Shown one piece after another: positions 51,228 to 61,010 of a DNA stretch of 64,000 nt. Under the pieces are notes generated by a model. It was given only the letters and a program-made list of their open reading frames with translations, ran no database searches and was not told the origin of the DNA. This DNA comes from Alphaproteobacteria bacterium (GTDB lineage Bacteria; Pseudomonadota; Alphaproteobacteria; Bin95), in NCBI GenBank assembly GCA_963665325.3, contig CAXXWS020000002.1, positions 64,001 to 128,000 of the forward strand. The letters run 5' to 3'. The position numbers and the translations under genes are program-made. Position 1 is the stretch's first letter; each line of letters opens with the position of its first letter.

Positions 51228-51314
51228 TGGTGCCTCCGGGGAGACTCGAACTCCCACGCCCTTGCGGGCAACAGATTTTGAGTCTGCCGCGTCTACCGAT
51301 TCCGCCACAGAGGC
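51228..51314 (-). tRNA. tRNA-Leu(CAA)
   Basis: GCCTCTG acceptor stem, GCAGA-CTCAAAA-TCTGT anticodon arm, long variable arm, GTTCGAG T-loop, encoded CCA. Confidence 0.97.
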
Positions 51315-51341
51315 ACAGGGCCCGGCCCAGGAACGGCTAAT

Positions 51342-51435
51342 TAGCGCCGGCGGGCCGCTCAATCCAGCCCGAACTCCTCCCACCTCGCGGCGATGCGCGC
51401 TTGCGCCTCGTCGCTCATGGCGAGCCTGCGGCCCC
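51342..51435 (-). repeat. Duplicated 3' end of ubiD (orphan copy)
   Basis: 86/94 identical to 52285-52378; encodes [24 protein letters not shown]. Confidence 0.93.
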
Positions 51436-51528
51436 GTTGAAACGGTTGCCCGCTTCCCCGCAGCGGCGGATAAGGCGTGTAAAGTATCGTTGGCTGCGGC
51501 CTGCATGGTCCTCGTGAAAGGAAGGTCG

Positions 51529-52245
51529 ATGGGCAAGCGTCTTGAACGGAAGCGGTCGGTTGCCGGCGCCGCCGGCCGGCGCCTCGGGATCGCCTCCTGT
51601 CTTGCCGCCATGCTGGCCTGGTCCTGGACCGGCGCCAGCGCGGGCGAGGATGAGAGCAGGGAGGCTTTCCGGATCGCGGTCGGCCTTGTCGTGCTCGAAG
51701 CCGAGTCGCCTCGGGACGGATTCGGGCAGTCGGAATTCTATGTGTCCGTCGCCAGGCGGGACCCGGCCGCCAAGCAGCAACTCAAGCGGGCGGATGCGGA
51801 ATTGAAGGCTCTGGAACGGGAAACGGGAGAGCTCGTTCGCTCGGTTGGGCAACGGGAAACAGAGGATTCGGAAGGGCTGTCCTCCACGGAGAAGGAGGAG
51901 CGCCAGGACTGGCTGGCTTCGGCGAGGCAGCGCCTTGAAGATTTCCGGAACCGCAAGGCTTCCCTCGAAAGCACATTGGCGACGCTTCGGAAGCGGCTGT
52001 GGGGAAGAACCTCGGAAGTTTCGGTCTCGGGAACGCGCGTGCATTTCGCCGACGCGAAACTGCCCGTAAAGGTTTATCCGGGCGACACGGTGACAGTGTC
52101 CCTGTGGGAGGCGGATGCTTTCGACAGCGACCTCATGGGCCGGAAGACGTTCGCGATCGACAGGACGAAGCTGACGGCAGGCGGATTCGAGCTGAGCACC
52201 GGCTGGGTGGAATCGCTTCATCTGGAACTGGTGCCGGCCGAATAG
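51529..52245 (+). CDS. Secreted hypothetical protein, C2-domain-like with inserted coiled coil
   Basis: AAAGGAAGG RBS, signal peptide ending ASA, DGFGQSEFYVSV...VTVSLWEADAFDSDLMG, central heptad-rich helices. Confidence 0.65.
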   Translation: MGKRLERKRSVAGAAGRRLGIASCLAAMLAWSWTGASAGEDESREAFRIAVGLVVLEAESPRDGFGQSEFYVSVARRDPAAKQQLKRADAELKALERETGELVRSVGQRETEDSEGLSSTEKEERQDWLASARQRLEDFRNRKASLESTLATLRKRLWGRTSEVSVSGTRVHFADAKLPVKVYPGDTVTVSLWEADAFDSDLMGRKTFAIDRTKLTAGGFELSTGWVESLHLELVPAE

Positions 52246-52284
52246 GAAATCCGGCCGGCGGCTATCCGGGCTCGGGGCCGCACA

Positions 52285-52378
52285 TAGCGCCGCCGGGCGG
52301 CTCAATCCAGCCCGAACTCCTCCCACCTCGCGGCGATGCGCGCCTGGACTTCCTCGCTCATGGCGAGCTTGCGGCCCC
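52285..52378 (-). repeat. ubiD 3' end (copy in the intact gene)
   Basis: Direct-repeat partner of 51342-51435. Confidence 0.93.
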
Positions 52379-53786
52379 ATTCTCGCCGGGTCTCGGGCGG
52401 CCACTTGTCGGTGGCGTCCAGGCCGATCTTGGAGCCGAGGCCGCTTTCGGGGCTCGCGAAGTCGAGATAGTCGATGGGCGTATTCTCTACGAGTGCGATG
52501 TCGCGGGCCGGGTCCATGCGGGTCGAGACGGCCCAGATGACGTCCTTCCAGTCGCGGGCGTCGATGTCGTCGTCCACGACGATCACCCACTTGGTGTACA
52601 TGAACTGGCGCAGATAGGACCAGACGCCGAACATGATGCGCTTGGCGTGGCCGGGATACGCCTTGCGGATAGAGACCACGGCCACGCGGTAGGAGCAGCC
52701 CTCGGGCGGCAGCCAGAAGTCGCGGATTTCCGGGAACTGCGCCTGGAGCAGCGGGATGAAGACCTCGTTCAGCGCCTCGCCCAGCACTGACGGCTCGTCC
52801 GGCGGCCGGCCGGTATAGGTGGTGAGGTAGATCGGATCGCGGCGCATGGTGATCGCCGAGACCGTGAACACCGGGAAGCGCTCGACGGCGTTATAGTAGC
52901 CGGTGTGGTCTCCGTAAGGCCCCTCGTCGCCATAGTCGTCGAGCGACACATGGCCCTCCAGCACGATCTCGGCCTCGGCCGGCACCTTGAGCGGCACGGT
53001 GCGGCAATCGACGAGGTCCAGGCGCCGGCCGGCGAGGAGGCCGGAGAAGCGGTATTCCGAAAGCGTTTCGGGCAGAGGCGTAACGGCCGCGAGGATGGTT
53101 GCCGGGTCCGCGCCGATCACCGCGGCGGCGGGCAGGGGTTCCTGCTTCTCCGCCGCCCACCGCGCATGGTGGGCCGCACCGCCGCGATGTTTCAGCCAGC
53201 GCATCAGTGCGGTGTTCCGTCCGGTGACCTGCATCCGGTAGATGCCGAGGTTGAAATCGTCCTCGGCCGTGCGCCCCGGCCCCCGCGTCACCACCAGCGG
53301 CCAGGTGATGAGCGGGGCGGGCTCATCCGGCCAGCAGGTCTGCACGGGGAAGCGCCCGAGGTCGATGTCGTCCCCTTCCAGCACAACCTCCTGCACGGGG
53401 CCGCGCCGGACGGTGCGCGGCGCCATCGACAGCATGGTCTTCAGCAGCGGCAGCATGCCGACCGCCTCGCGCCAGCCGCCCGGCGGCGCCGGCTGGCGCA
53501 GGAAGGCTAGCGTCTCGCCGATTTCCCGGAGCCCCTCCGGCTCGCGCCCCATGCCCCAGGCGACGCGCTCGACGGTGCCGAACAGGTTGGCGAGCGCGGG
53601 CATGTTCCAGGGGCTGCCGTCGGCCCGGCGCAGGTTCTCGAAGAGCAGCGCCGGCCCGCCCGCCCGGAGCACGCGGCGGTGGATTTCCGTCACCTCCAGG
53701 TCCGGCGATACGGGTGCCGAAATGCGCCTGAGCCGGCCGGCATTTTCCAGCCGGGCGATGAAGTCGCGCAGCGAGCGATCGGTCAC
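52302..53786 (-). CDS. ubiD: UbiD family (3-octaprenyl-4-hydroxybenzoate) decarboxylase
   Basis: [45 protein letters not shown]. Confidence 0.95.
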   Translation of the reverse strand: MTDRSLRDFIARLENAGRLRRISAPVSPDLEVTEIHRRVLRAGGPALLFENLRRADGSPWNMPALANLFGTVERVAWGMGREPEGLREIGETLAFLRQPAPPGGWREAVGMLPLLKTMLSMAPRTVRRGPVQEVVLEGDDIDLGRFPVQTCWPDEPAPLITWPLVVTRGPGRTAEDDFNLGIYRMQVTGRNTALMRWLKHRGGAAHHARWAAEKQEPLPAAAVIGADPATILAAVTPLPETLSEYRFSGLLAGRRLDLVDCRTVPLKVPAEAEIVLEGHVSLDDYGDEGPYGDHTGYYNAVERFPVFTVSAITMRRDPIYLTTYTGRPPDEPSVLGEALNEVFIPLLQAQFPEIRDFWLPPEGCSYRVAVVSIRKAYPGHAKRIMFGVWSYLRQFMYTKWVIVVDDDIDARDWKDVIWAVSTRMDPARDIALVENTPIDYLDFASPESGLGSKIGLDATDKWPPETRREWGRKLAMSEEVQARIAARWEEFGLD

Positions 53787-53809
53787 GGGATGCCTGTCCC
53801 CTGCGGTCG

Positions 53810-53838
53810 TTGACAGATGTGCGCCTTCCTCTTATCAC
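53810..53838 (+). promoter_or_regulatory. sigma70 promoter for tRNA-Leu(CAG)
   Basis: TTGACA-N17-TATCAC, 21 nt before the tRNA. Confidence 0.6.
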
Positions 53839-53859
53839 GCCGTCTCGCTCCTGCCCCGT

Positions 53860-53946
53860 GCCCAGGTGGCGGAATTGGTAGACGCGCAGGTTTCAGGTAC
53901 CTGTGGCCGCAAGGTCGTGGAAGTTCGAGTCTTCTCCTGGGCACCA
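53860..53946 (+). tRNA. tRNA-Leu(CAG)
   Basis: GCCCAGG/CCTGGGC acceptor stem, CAGGT-TTCAGGT-ACCTG anticodon arm, variable arm, GTTCGAG, CCA. Confidence 0.97.
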
Positions 53947-53991
53947 TTTCCCGTTGCGGGACGCTCTCCTCCCTGAACGGACAGGCCCGGA

Positions 53992-54444
53992 CTATTGCTT
54001 CGGCGCGGCGCCGTGCCCCGATCCGTGCTTGTGGCCGCCTTGCACTTCGCCGGCACCGAACACGCGCTTGACGATGACCTTGTCGCGGACCCGCGCGGCC
54101 GTGCCGGCGGTCTTGCCGTCCACCTCGATGGCGAGCGCCCATTCGCCGTGCATTTCGAGCTCGAGGGTCGCCATGTAATGGCCGGGCATGCCGTCCATCG
54201 GCTTCGCCGTAGCGGGTGGAATGTTGTGCGCCATCGCCATGCTGGGCATGTCCGCCTTGATGGAAAGAGCCTCCGCGACGACCGGCTCGGCCGATTTCCG
54301 GCCGGTGACGGCGATGGTGCAGGAATAGACCAGTGCCTCCTCGGTCGGCGCACAGCTTACTTCGGCGGCGGCGCGCTCCCCGGCGAGGGCCGGCGAGGTT
54401 AGGAAAACGAGCCCAAGGGCCGCAAGCGCAATTCTGCAAACCAT
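53992..54444 (-). CDS. Exported YtkA/FixH-like protein with Met/His motif
   Basis: Signal peptide (PALA), ADMPSMAMAHN, GHY...MHGEW, His-rich tail; starts 1 nt after the livF-like stop. Confidence 0.72.
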   Translation of the reverse strand: MVCRIALAALGLVFLTSPALAGERAAAEVSCAPTEEALVYSCTIAVTGRKSAEPVVAEALSIKADMPSMAMAHNIPPATAKPMDGMPGHYMATLELEMHGEWALAIEVDGKTAGTAARVRDKVIVKRVFGAGEVQGGHKHGSGHGAAPKQ

Positions 54445-54445
54445 G

Positions 54446-55141
54446 TCATCCCTCCTGTCCGAGTCCCAGATACTGTTCGACGATGCGCTCGTCTTCGAGC
54501 AACATGTCCGCTGGCCCTTGCCGCGCGATGCGTCCGCTTTCCAGCAGGTAGGCGCGGTCGGCCGCCCTGAGCGCCTGGACAAGATTTTGTTCGACGAGGA
54601 GGATCGTCAATCCCCGGTCCCTGAGTTGCGGCAACAGCGCGAAGATGGCCTGGGCCGCATTCGGGGCCAGGCCGAGCGAGGGCTCGTCCAGCAGCAGCAA
54701 TTCCGGCTCCTGCGCCAGTGCCCGCGCGATGGCGAGCATTTGGGCCTCGCCGCCGGAGAGCGAGGCGCCGCGGCTCGACGCGCGGTCCGCCAGCCTCGGG
54801 AACAGTTCGTAGAGGTCGGCGAAAGACCGGCGCCCGGGCGCGGCGAGTTTCAGGTTTTCCTCCACCGTCAGGCCGCCCAGCACCATGCGCCCCTCGGGGC
54901 AGAGCGCGACGCCGCGACGGAATATGCGGTGGCTGGGCATTCCCAGCACCTGCTCGCCCCGGAAGGTCACCGTTCCGCTGGCCGCGGGTGTGAGGCCGGC
55001 GACCGCGTGGATCAGTGAGCTCTTGCCCGCGCCGTTCGCGCCGACCAGGGCGATGAGTTCTCCTTCGCGCACGTCCAGCGAGATGTCCGACAAGGCCTGC
55101 ACCGGGCCGTAGCTCACCGAAAGGCCGCGAACCTCAAGCAT
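54446..55141 (-). CDS. Branched-chain amino acid-type ABC ATPase (LivF-like), set 2
   Basis: GANGAGKS, LSGGEAQM, DEPSLGLAP, VEQN. Confidence 0.93.
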   Translation of the reverse strand: MLEVRGLSVSYGPVQALSDISLDVREGELIALVGANGAGKSSLIHAVAGLTPAASGTVTFRGEQVLGMPSHRIFRRGVALCPEGRMVLGGLTVEENLKLAAPGRRSFADLYELFPRLADRASSRGASLSGGEAQMLAIARALAQEPELLLLDEPSLGLAPNAAQAIFALLPQLRDRGLTILLVEQNLVQALRAADRAYLLESGRIARQGPADMLLEDERIVEQYLGLGQEG

Positions 55142-55886
55142 CGACCGGTGCCTCGGTGCCGAGATAGGCGTCGATCACCGCCTGCCGGCGCAGGACCTCG
55201 GCGGGCGCGCCCTCGGCGATCAGCCGGCCAAAATTCAGCACGGCAAGCCGCGTGCAGAGGCCGACAATGAGCGCCATCTTGTGCTCGACCACGATGACGG
55301 TCCGCCCCGGACAGGCGAGCGTGGCGATGAGGCGGGTCATCTCGCGGGTTTCGGCCGGGGTCATGCCGCCGGACGGCTCGTCGAGCAGCAGCAGCGCCGG
55401 GTCGCGGACCAGTGCCCGCGCCAGCTCCAGGCGGCGCTGGCTCGCCAGCGGCAGTTCGCCCGCCAGTCGGTCCGCGTCGCCGCCGAGCCCGACCCGTTCG
55501 ACCAGGTCCTGCGCCCGCTCCCGCCGCGTGGCGTCCCGGCGCCGGCCGCCGACCAGGTCCGAGAACCGCATGCCGGCCATGCCGTTCTGCGCGGCGAGCA
55601 CGTTTTCGAGCACCGTCATGCGCCGGAAGACCCTCAGGTTCTGGAAGGTACGGACCAGGCCCAGCCGGACGATCCGCTCCGGCGGCAGGCCGAGCAGGTC
55701 CGTATCCGCGAAGCGGACCCGCCCCGTAGCCGCATAGACGCCCGTGAGCGCATTGATGAGCGTGGTCTTGCCGGAGCCGTTGGGGCCGATCAGCCCCAGC
55801 ACCTCGTCCTCGGCGGCGCGGAGCGACACGTCCTCCAGCGCCGTCAACCCGCCGAAGCGGACCGTCAGCCGTTCAATCGCCAGCAT
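55134..55886 (-). CDS. ABC ATPase (LivG-like), set 2
   Basis: GPNGSGKTT, RTFQN, LLLDEP, VEHKM. Confidence 0.93.
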   Translation of the reverse strand: MLAIERLTVRFGGLTALEDVSLRAAEDEVLGLIGPNGSGKTTLINALTGVYAATGRVRFADTDLLGLPPERIVRLGLVRTFQNLRVFRRMTVLENVLAAQNGMAGMRFSDLVGGRRRDATRRERAQDLVERVGLGGDADRLAGELPLASQRRLELARALVRDPALLLLDEPSGGMTPAETREMTRLIATLACPGRTVIVVEHKMALIVGLCTRLAVLNFGRLIAEGAPAEVLRRQAVIDAYLGTEAPVDA

Positions 55887-56781
55887 CTTTCCTCAGCAGG
55901 AAACGGCGGATGCGGTAAACGGCGGCTTCGTCCAGCAATCCGCGCGGGCGGACGATCAGCAGCACGGCCACCAGCCCGCCGAACACGATCATGCGGTAGC
56001 CGGAAAACGCCCGCGTCGATTCCAGCACGCCGATATCGAGGGCCACGCCGAGCAGCGGGCCGAATGCCGTGCCGAGGCCGCCGATCAGCCCGTAGGCTAG
56101 CCCGTGCACCCCGAGCATGACATTGAAGATCTTGGGCTCGACATAGGTGTTGAGATGGGCGTAGAGCGCGCCGCCGATGCCCGCGACGAGCCCGGCGGCA
56201 GCCACCGTAGCGATCTTGGTCAGGCTCACGTTCACACCCTGGAGCCGAGCAAGCACGGGGTCCTCGCCCACCATGCGCATAATGGCGCCGAGGCGCGTTC
56301 TCTCGATCCAGAGGATCGCGCCGAGCGTCACCGCCAGCAGCGCCAGAATGACCAGCAGGAACTCGCCGGCGGAGATGTCCGCCTCGTAGATGTAGCGTAT
56401 GTCGCGGAAGCCCTCGGAGCCGTCGGGGCCGACCGGCTCCCCATCCACCTCCACCCGGTAGGTGAAGACTTCGAGCGCGAGGCGCACCATTTCCGCAAAC
56501 GCGAGCGTCGCGATGGCGAAGTAGAGCCCCCTGATGCGCAGTGTCGGGATGGCGAGCAGAAGGCCGCCGAGGCCGGCAACCGCCGCGCCCCACAGCACCG
56601 CGCCCAGGAAGGGCCAGCCCCACATGGCCGACGCGATCCCCGAAGCGTAGGCGGAGATGGCGAAGAAGGCCTGCTGCCCGAAGGAAATCTCGCCGACGAC
56701 GAGGACGAGATAGGCGGAAAGGGCGATGAAGGAGATCATGCCCATATTGGACAGCACGCCGATCAGGTGGTCGTCGAGCAC
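55873..56781 (-). CDS. ABC permease (LivM-like), set 2
   Basis: GEISFGQQAFF, LRIRGLYFAIATLAF, RPRGL. Confidence 0.9.
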   Translation of the reverse strand: MLDDHLIGVLSNMGMISFIALSAYLVLVVGEISFGQQAFFAISAYASGIASAMWGWPFLGAVLWGAAVAGLGGLLLAIPTLRIRGLYFAIATLAFAEMVRLALEVFTYRVEVDGEPVGPDGSEGFRDIRYIYEADISAGEFLLVILALLAVTLGAILWIERTRLGAIMRMVGEDPVLARLQGVNVSLTKIATVAAAGLVAGIGGALYAHLNTYVEPKIFNVMLGVHGLAYGLIGGLGTAFGPLLGVALDIGVLESTRAFSGYRMIVFGGLVAVLLIVRPRGLLDEAAVYRIRRFLLRKDAGD

Positions 56782-56785
56782 CGGT

Positions 56786-57685
56786 CTACACCCGGCTTTC
56801 CGCCGCACGCCGCGCCATGAGCGCGGTCTGGCCCATCAGCCCGCCCGGCCGGAATGTCAGCACGGCGAAGAGCAGTGTGTAGGCGACGAGGTCGCGCGCC
56901 TCGACGCCGAGATACCAGAGCGAATTGGCCTCGACGATGCCGAGAACGAGCCCGCCCAGCACCGCGCCCGGAATCGAGCCCATGCCGCCCAGCATCATCG
57001 CGATGAGGCCTTTGAAGGTCGCCCACAGCCCGAAGAGCGGCGTGATCTGCTGGTCGCCTGCGGCAATCAGGAAGCCGGCCAGTCCGCCGAGCGCCGAGGC
57101 GCAGGCGAAGGCGAGCAGCGTGACCAGGCCGGTATTGATCCCGGCGACCCGCGCGGCGTCCGGGTTCTCCGAAACGGCGCGGACGGCGAGCCCGAAATGG
57201 GTCCGGTAGATCAGCCCGAGCAGGCCCAGCACGGCGATGGCGGCGATTGCGAGCATGGCGAGGCTGGACGCCCTGAGGAAGAAGGGGCCGAATTCGACCA
57301 CCGCATCCGCGAGGATGCCGGGAAAGGCGTAGGTCCGGTCGGGGAAGAGCAGGGTGACGCCCTCCTCGATCTGCATCCAGATGACGAAGCTGGAGACCAT
57401 GGAGGCCACCGCCATGTCTTTGCGGATCGCCCAGAAGCAGAGCCGTTCGATGTAGGCGCCCACGACAACGGCGCCGATGACGGTCGCAATCGCGATTTCG
57501 ACAAGGCTGGCATTGAACGCCGAATAGAGCGCGGTGCCGGCAAACACGCCCGCCATGATCGACGGGCCGTAGGAGAGGTTCAGGCGCCGCAGCACTCCGA
57601 AGATCAGCGTGAAGCCGAGCGCCAGCAGGGCGTAGGCGGCTCCGATGGCAATTCCGTCCAGACAGTTCTGGAGGAAATCCGCCAT
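56786..57685 (-). CDS. ABC permease (LivH-like), set 2
   Basis: YALLALGFTLIFGV, GLAVRAVSEN, LGGMGSIPG, RPGGL. Confidence 0.92.
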   Translation of the reverse strand: MADFLQNCLDGIAIGAAYALLALGFTLIFGVLRRLNLSYGPSIMAGVFAGTALYSAFNASLVEIAIATVIGAVVVGAYIERLCFWAIRKDMAVASMVSSFVIWMQIEEGVTLLFPDRTYAFPGILADAVVEFGPFFLRASSLAMLAIAAIAVLGLLGLIYRTHFGLAVRAVSENPDAARVAGINTGLVTLLAFACASALGGLAGFLIAAGDQQITPLFGLWATFKGLIAMMLGGMGSIPGAVLGGLVLGIVEANSLWYLGVEARDLVAYTLLFAVLTFRPGGLMGQTALMARRAAESRV

Positions 57686-57691
57686 GATGTG

Positions 57692-58411
57692 CTAGCTGCC
57701 GGCCGACCCGAGATAGGCGCGCTGGATGACCTCGTCCTCGGCCATGGTTCCGGGATCGCCGTCGAAGGCCACCCGGCCCTGGTCCAGCAGGAAGAAGTGG
57801 TGCGCGACCGTGAGCGCCATATGGGCGTTCTGTTCGACCAGCAGGATTGTGACGCCGTCCTCGTTCAGCTCCCGGATGATTTTGAAGACTTCCGCGACGA
57901 TCAGCGGCGCGAGGCCGAGCGAGGGTTCGTCCATCAGCAGGCAGCGCGGCTTGGTCATCAGCGCGCGCGCGACGGCCAGCATCTGCTGCTCGCCTCCCGA
58001 GAGCGTGCCGGCGTTGGCGTTGACCCTGGTCTGCAAGACCGGAAAGCGCTCCAGCATCCGGTCGAGATCGGCCATCGCTTCGCTACGTTCGCGGGCTAGC
58101 CGGGTATAGGCCCCGGCAACCAGGTTTTCGCGCACGGTCATGTCCGGGAAGACGAGCCGGTTCTCCGGCACGAGCGCGAGGCCCTGCCTTACGACCGCCG
58201 TGGAAGAGGCGCCGGTAATGTCGCGGCCCTCGAAGGCCACGGAGCCGCGCCTCGGGCGCAAGAGGCCGGCGATCGTCATCAGCAGCGTCGTCTTACCGGC
58301 GCCGTTGGGGCCGAGCACGCAGGTGATCCGCCCTTCCGCGGCCGAGATGTCCACGCCCTTCAGGGCCTCGATCATGCCGTAATTGGTAACGAGCCCCTGG
58401 ACCTCAAGCAT
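57692..58411 (-). CDS. ABC ATPase (LivF-like), set 1
   Basis: GPNGAGKTT, LSGGEQQM, DEPSLGLAP. Confidence 0.93.
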   Translation of the reverse strand: MLEVQGLVTNYGMIEALKGVDISAAEGRITCVLGPNGAGKTTLLMTIAGLLRPRRGSVAFEGRDITGASSTAVVRQGLALVPENRLVFPDMTVRENLVAGAYTRLARERSEAMADLDRMLERFPVLQTRVNANAGTLSGGEQQMLAVARALMTKPRCLLMDEPSLGLAPLIVAEVFKIIRELNEDGVTILLVEQNAHMALTVAHHFFLLDQGRVAFDGDPGTMAEDEVIQRAYLGSAGS

Positions 58412-59150
58412 CGGCCGTTCCCAGATAGGCGGTGCGCACTGCCGGGTCCTGGCGGATTTCGGCGGGCTCGCCCTCGGCGATCTTCTGGCCGAAATTGAGG
58501 ACCGCGATGCGGTCCGTCACACCCATAACGAGTTCCATGACATGCTCGACCAGCAGGATCGTCATGCCGTGCTCGCGGAGCGCCCGGATGCGGGTAGCGA
58601 GCTGGCCGACTTCCTCTGCGTTCATGCCCGCCGCCGGTTCGTCGAGCAGCAGTAATTTCGGCCGGGCCGCGAGCGCCCGGGCCATTTCCAGCCGCCTTTG
58701 CTCGCCGAAGGCGAGGTTACGCGCCAGTTCGCCCGACCGGTGCGAAAGGCCGGCGAATTTGAGCAGCTCCTCTGCATAGTCCCGGCCGCGCCGCTCGCCG
58801 CCGAGCCAGCGGGTGAGCCAGCCGGTTTCCCGTTCCTTGACCGAGTTCTGCGCTACCCAGAGGTTCTGCCAGACCGTCAGGTCGCCGAAGAGGCGGATGT
58901 TCTGGAACGTACGCCCGATGCCGGCGGCCACGACCCGGTGGGAGGGCGCATCGGTAAGGTCCCGGCCCTCGAAGACGACCGCGCCGGAGGTGGTCGGGAA
59001 TACACCGCAGATCAGATTGACCGTGGTGCTCTTGCCGGAGCCGTTCGGACCGATCAGGCCGAAAATCTCACCTTGCCCTACGGTCAGGCTGAGTTCCTCG
59101 ACAGCCCGCACGCCGCCGAAATTCTTGGACAGGTTCCTGAGTTCAAGCAT
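58404..59150 (-). CDS. ABC ATPase (LivG-like), set 1
   Basis: GPNGSGKST, RTFQNIRLF, DEPAAG, VEH. Confidence 0.93.
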   Translation of the reverse strand: MLELRNLSKNFGGVRAVEELSLTVGQGEIFGLIGPNGSGKSTTVNLICGVFPTTSGAVVFEGRDLTDAPSHRVVAAGIGRTFQNIRLFGDLTVWQNLWVAQNSVKERETGWLTRWLGGERRGRDYAEELLKFAGLSHRSGELARNLAFGEQRRLEMARALAARPKLLLLDEPAAGMNAEEVGQLATRIRALREHGMTILLVEHVMELVMGVTDRIAVLNFGQKIAEGEPAEIRQDPAVRTAYLGTADA

Positions 59151-60042
59151 CGCGGCCGCCCAACAGCCGTTTTAGCGCGCGTGTCGCGCGGGCGTCGAAC
59201 AGTCCGTCGGGCCTGACATTCATCGCGAGCACGATCAGCGCGCCGAACAACAGGTTCCGCCAGTCGCCCATGAAACGCAGCACCTCCACCAGGAACCCCT
59301 GGATGAAGATGACTGCGAGGAGCACCCCGATCACGGAGGAAAGCCCGCCCAAGATGGGGTAGGCGATGGCGAAGGTCGCGAGCACCACGCCGAAATTGAG
59401 ATGTTCGATATGGGTCGTGTAATGGGCGTAGATCGCGCCGCCGAGGCCGGCAATGAACCCGCCGATCCCCATGGCCGAAACCTTGACCGCCGTGAGGTTG
59501 ATGCCGACCGACTGGGCCGCGAGCTCGTCTTCGCCGACCGCGCGCAGCACCGAGCCGACGCGACTGCGGTCCATCCACCAGAGCGCGACCATCGCGGCGA
59601 TGACCCAGGCCCAGATAAAGATCGCCACATCGGCCGTGGACCAGCCGTTCTCCGGGAAATACCGGATCTGCTTGAAGCCTTCGCCGCCGAGCGGGCCGAC
59701 CTGGATATTGCCCTTGGCGATCTGGTAGTCGAAGTTGAACCAAAAAATGCGGACCGCCTCGCCGAAGGCGAGTGTGGCGACCACCAGCATCAGCCCCTTC
59801 ACGCGCAGCGCCGGGAAACCGACGACGGTGGCCACGAGGGCCGAGGCGACGGCGGCGAGCAGCATGGCCGGGACGATGTGCAAGCCGGCCAGCACGGTCA
59901 GCATGCCGCCGAGATAGGCGCCGATGGCGAAGAAGCCCGCCTGCGCCATGGAAACCTGGCCGGTCAGCAGCACGACATAGGCGGAAAGGCCGAGAAGCGT
60001 GTGGACGCCGATCAGCTGCGCCATACCGTAATAGAAGTCCAC
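59143..60042 (-). CDS. ABC permease (LivM-like), set 1
   Basis: GQVSMAQAGFF, LRVKG, ATLAFGE, RPDGL. Confidence 0.9.
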   Translation of the reverse strand: MDFYYGMAQLIGVHTLLGLSAYVVLLTGQVSMAQAGFFAIGAYLGGMLTVLAGLHIVPAMLLAAVASALVATVVGFPALRVKGLMLVVATLAFGEAVRIFWFNFDYQIAKGNIQVGPLGGEGFKQIRYFPENGWSTADVAIFIWAWVIAAMVALWWMDRSRVGSVLRAVGEDELAAQSVGINLTAVKVSAMGIGGFIAGLGGAIYAHYTTHIEHLNFGVVLATFAIAYPILGGLSSVIGVLLAVIFIQGFLVEVLRFMGDWRNLLFGALIVLAMNVRPDGLFDARATRALKRLLGGRDA

Positions 60043-60048
60043 GGGTCC

Positions 60049-60945
60049 TCAGTCCCTTGTCGATATCCGGCCGAACAATCCCTGCGGCCGGAATGTGAGG
60101 AACACGAACAGCAGCAGCATGACGTAGATGTCGCGCTCCGTGACGCCGCGGAAATACTGGAAGACGTTTTCGAATCCGCCGACGAGAATGCCGGCGACGA
60201 TGGCGCCGGGAATGGAGCCGAGGCCGCCGATGACGGTGACGACCAACCCCTTGACCGTGAGCGGCAGGGCCAGCAGAGGCGACAATATGCCGACCGAAGC
60301 CCCGACCATTGCGCCGGCAAGCCCGCCGAGCGCGCCGGTTATGACGAAGGTCACGGCATTAGTCTGTTGCTGCCCGATTCCGCAAAGTTGCGCCGCCGAG
60401 GGCTGCTGGGCAACGGCGCGCGTCGCGATGCCGAGCCGCGTCCTGTATAGGACATAGAGCAGGATCAGCATGGCGATCACGCTTAAGGCGAAGATCATCA
60501 GCAGGTCGCCCCGTATCCAGAACGGGGAGATGTCGATCATCACGTCGTCGAACATTGCCGGGTAGGGCTCCGGCATGCCTGCCGTCGCATGGACGACGAC
60601 TTCGTCTATGAGGATCAGCATGCCCACCGACGCCATCAGCGTGGCGAGCGGCAGGTGTTCAGGAATGAAGCGGAAACAGCAGATATAAACGATGTAGCCG
60701 ATGACGCCCGAGGCGGCCGCGGCGCAGAGAAACACCACAAGGGCCGGCGCGGACAGGATCTGGAAAGCGACCAGACTGGCATAGGCCCCGCCGATGGAGG
60801 CGGCGGCGTAAGCCAGATTGATCTTGTGCATCACGCCGAAGATCAGGGTGAAGCCGATCCCGATCAGCGCGTAGATGGACCCAAACATCATCCCATCCAG
60901 CACCGACTGGATCGGGTCGATCACGTCCCACCAGTAGTCCGCCAT
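60049..60945 (-). CDS. ABC permease (LivH-like), set 1
   Basis: YALIGIGFTLIFGV, GIATRAVAQ, IGGLGSIPG, RPQGL. Confidence 0.92.
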   Translation of the reverse strand: MADYWWDVIDPIQSVLDGMMFGSIYALIGIGFTLIFGVMHKINLAYAAASIGGAYASLVAFQILSAPALVVFLCAAAASGVIGYIVYICCFRFIPEHLPLATLMASVGMLILIDEVVVHATAGMPEPYPAMFDDVMIDISPFWIRGDLLMIFALSVIAMLILLYVLYRTRLGIATRAVAQQPSAAQLCGIGQQQTNAVTFVITGALGGLAGAMVGASVGILSPLLALPLTVKGLVVTVIGGLGSIPGAIVAGILVGGFENVFQYFRGVTERDIYVMLLLFVFLTFRPQGLFGRISTRD

Positions 60946-60972
60946 GGCGACCGCCTTCCGGCGTCAGGAAGC

Positions 60973-61000
60973 TGCGGGCCGCCGCGAGGGGCGGCCCGCA
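60973..61000 (-). terminator. GC-rich stem-loop after the SBP gene
   Basis: TGCGGGCCGCC...GGCGGCCCGCA, 11-bp inverted repeat 10 nt after the SBP stop. Confidence 0.55.
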
Positions 61001-61010
61001 AACCCGGTGC

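Noticed and set aside
51228-53946. tRNA-anchored genomic island
   Set aside because: I saw no duplicated tRNA 3' end and no integrase; the duplication involves ubiD instead.
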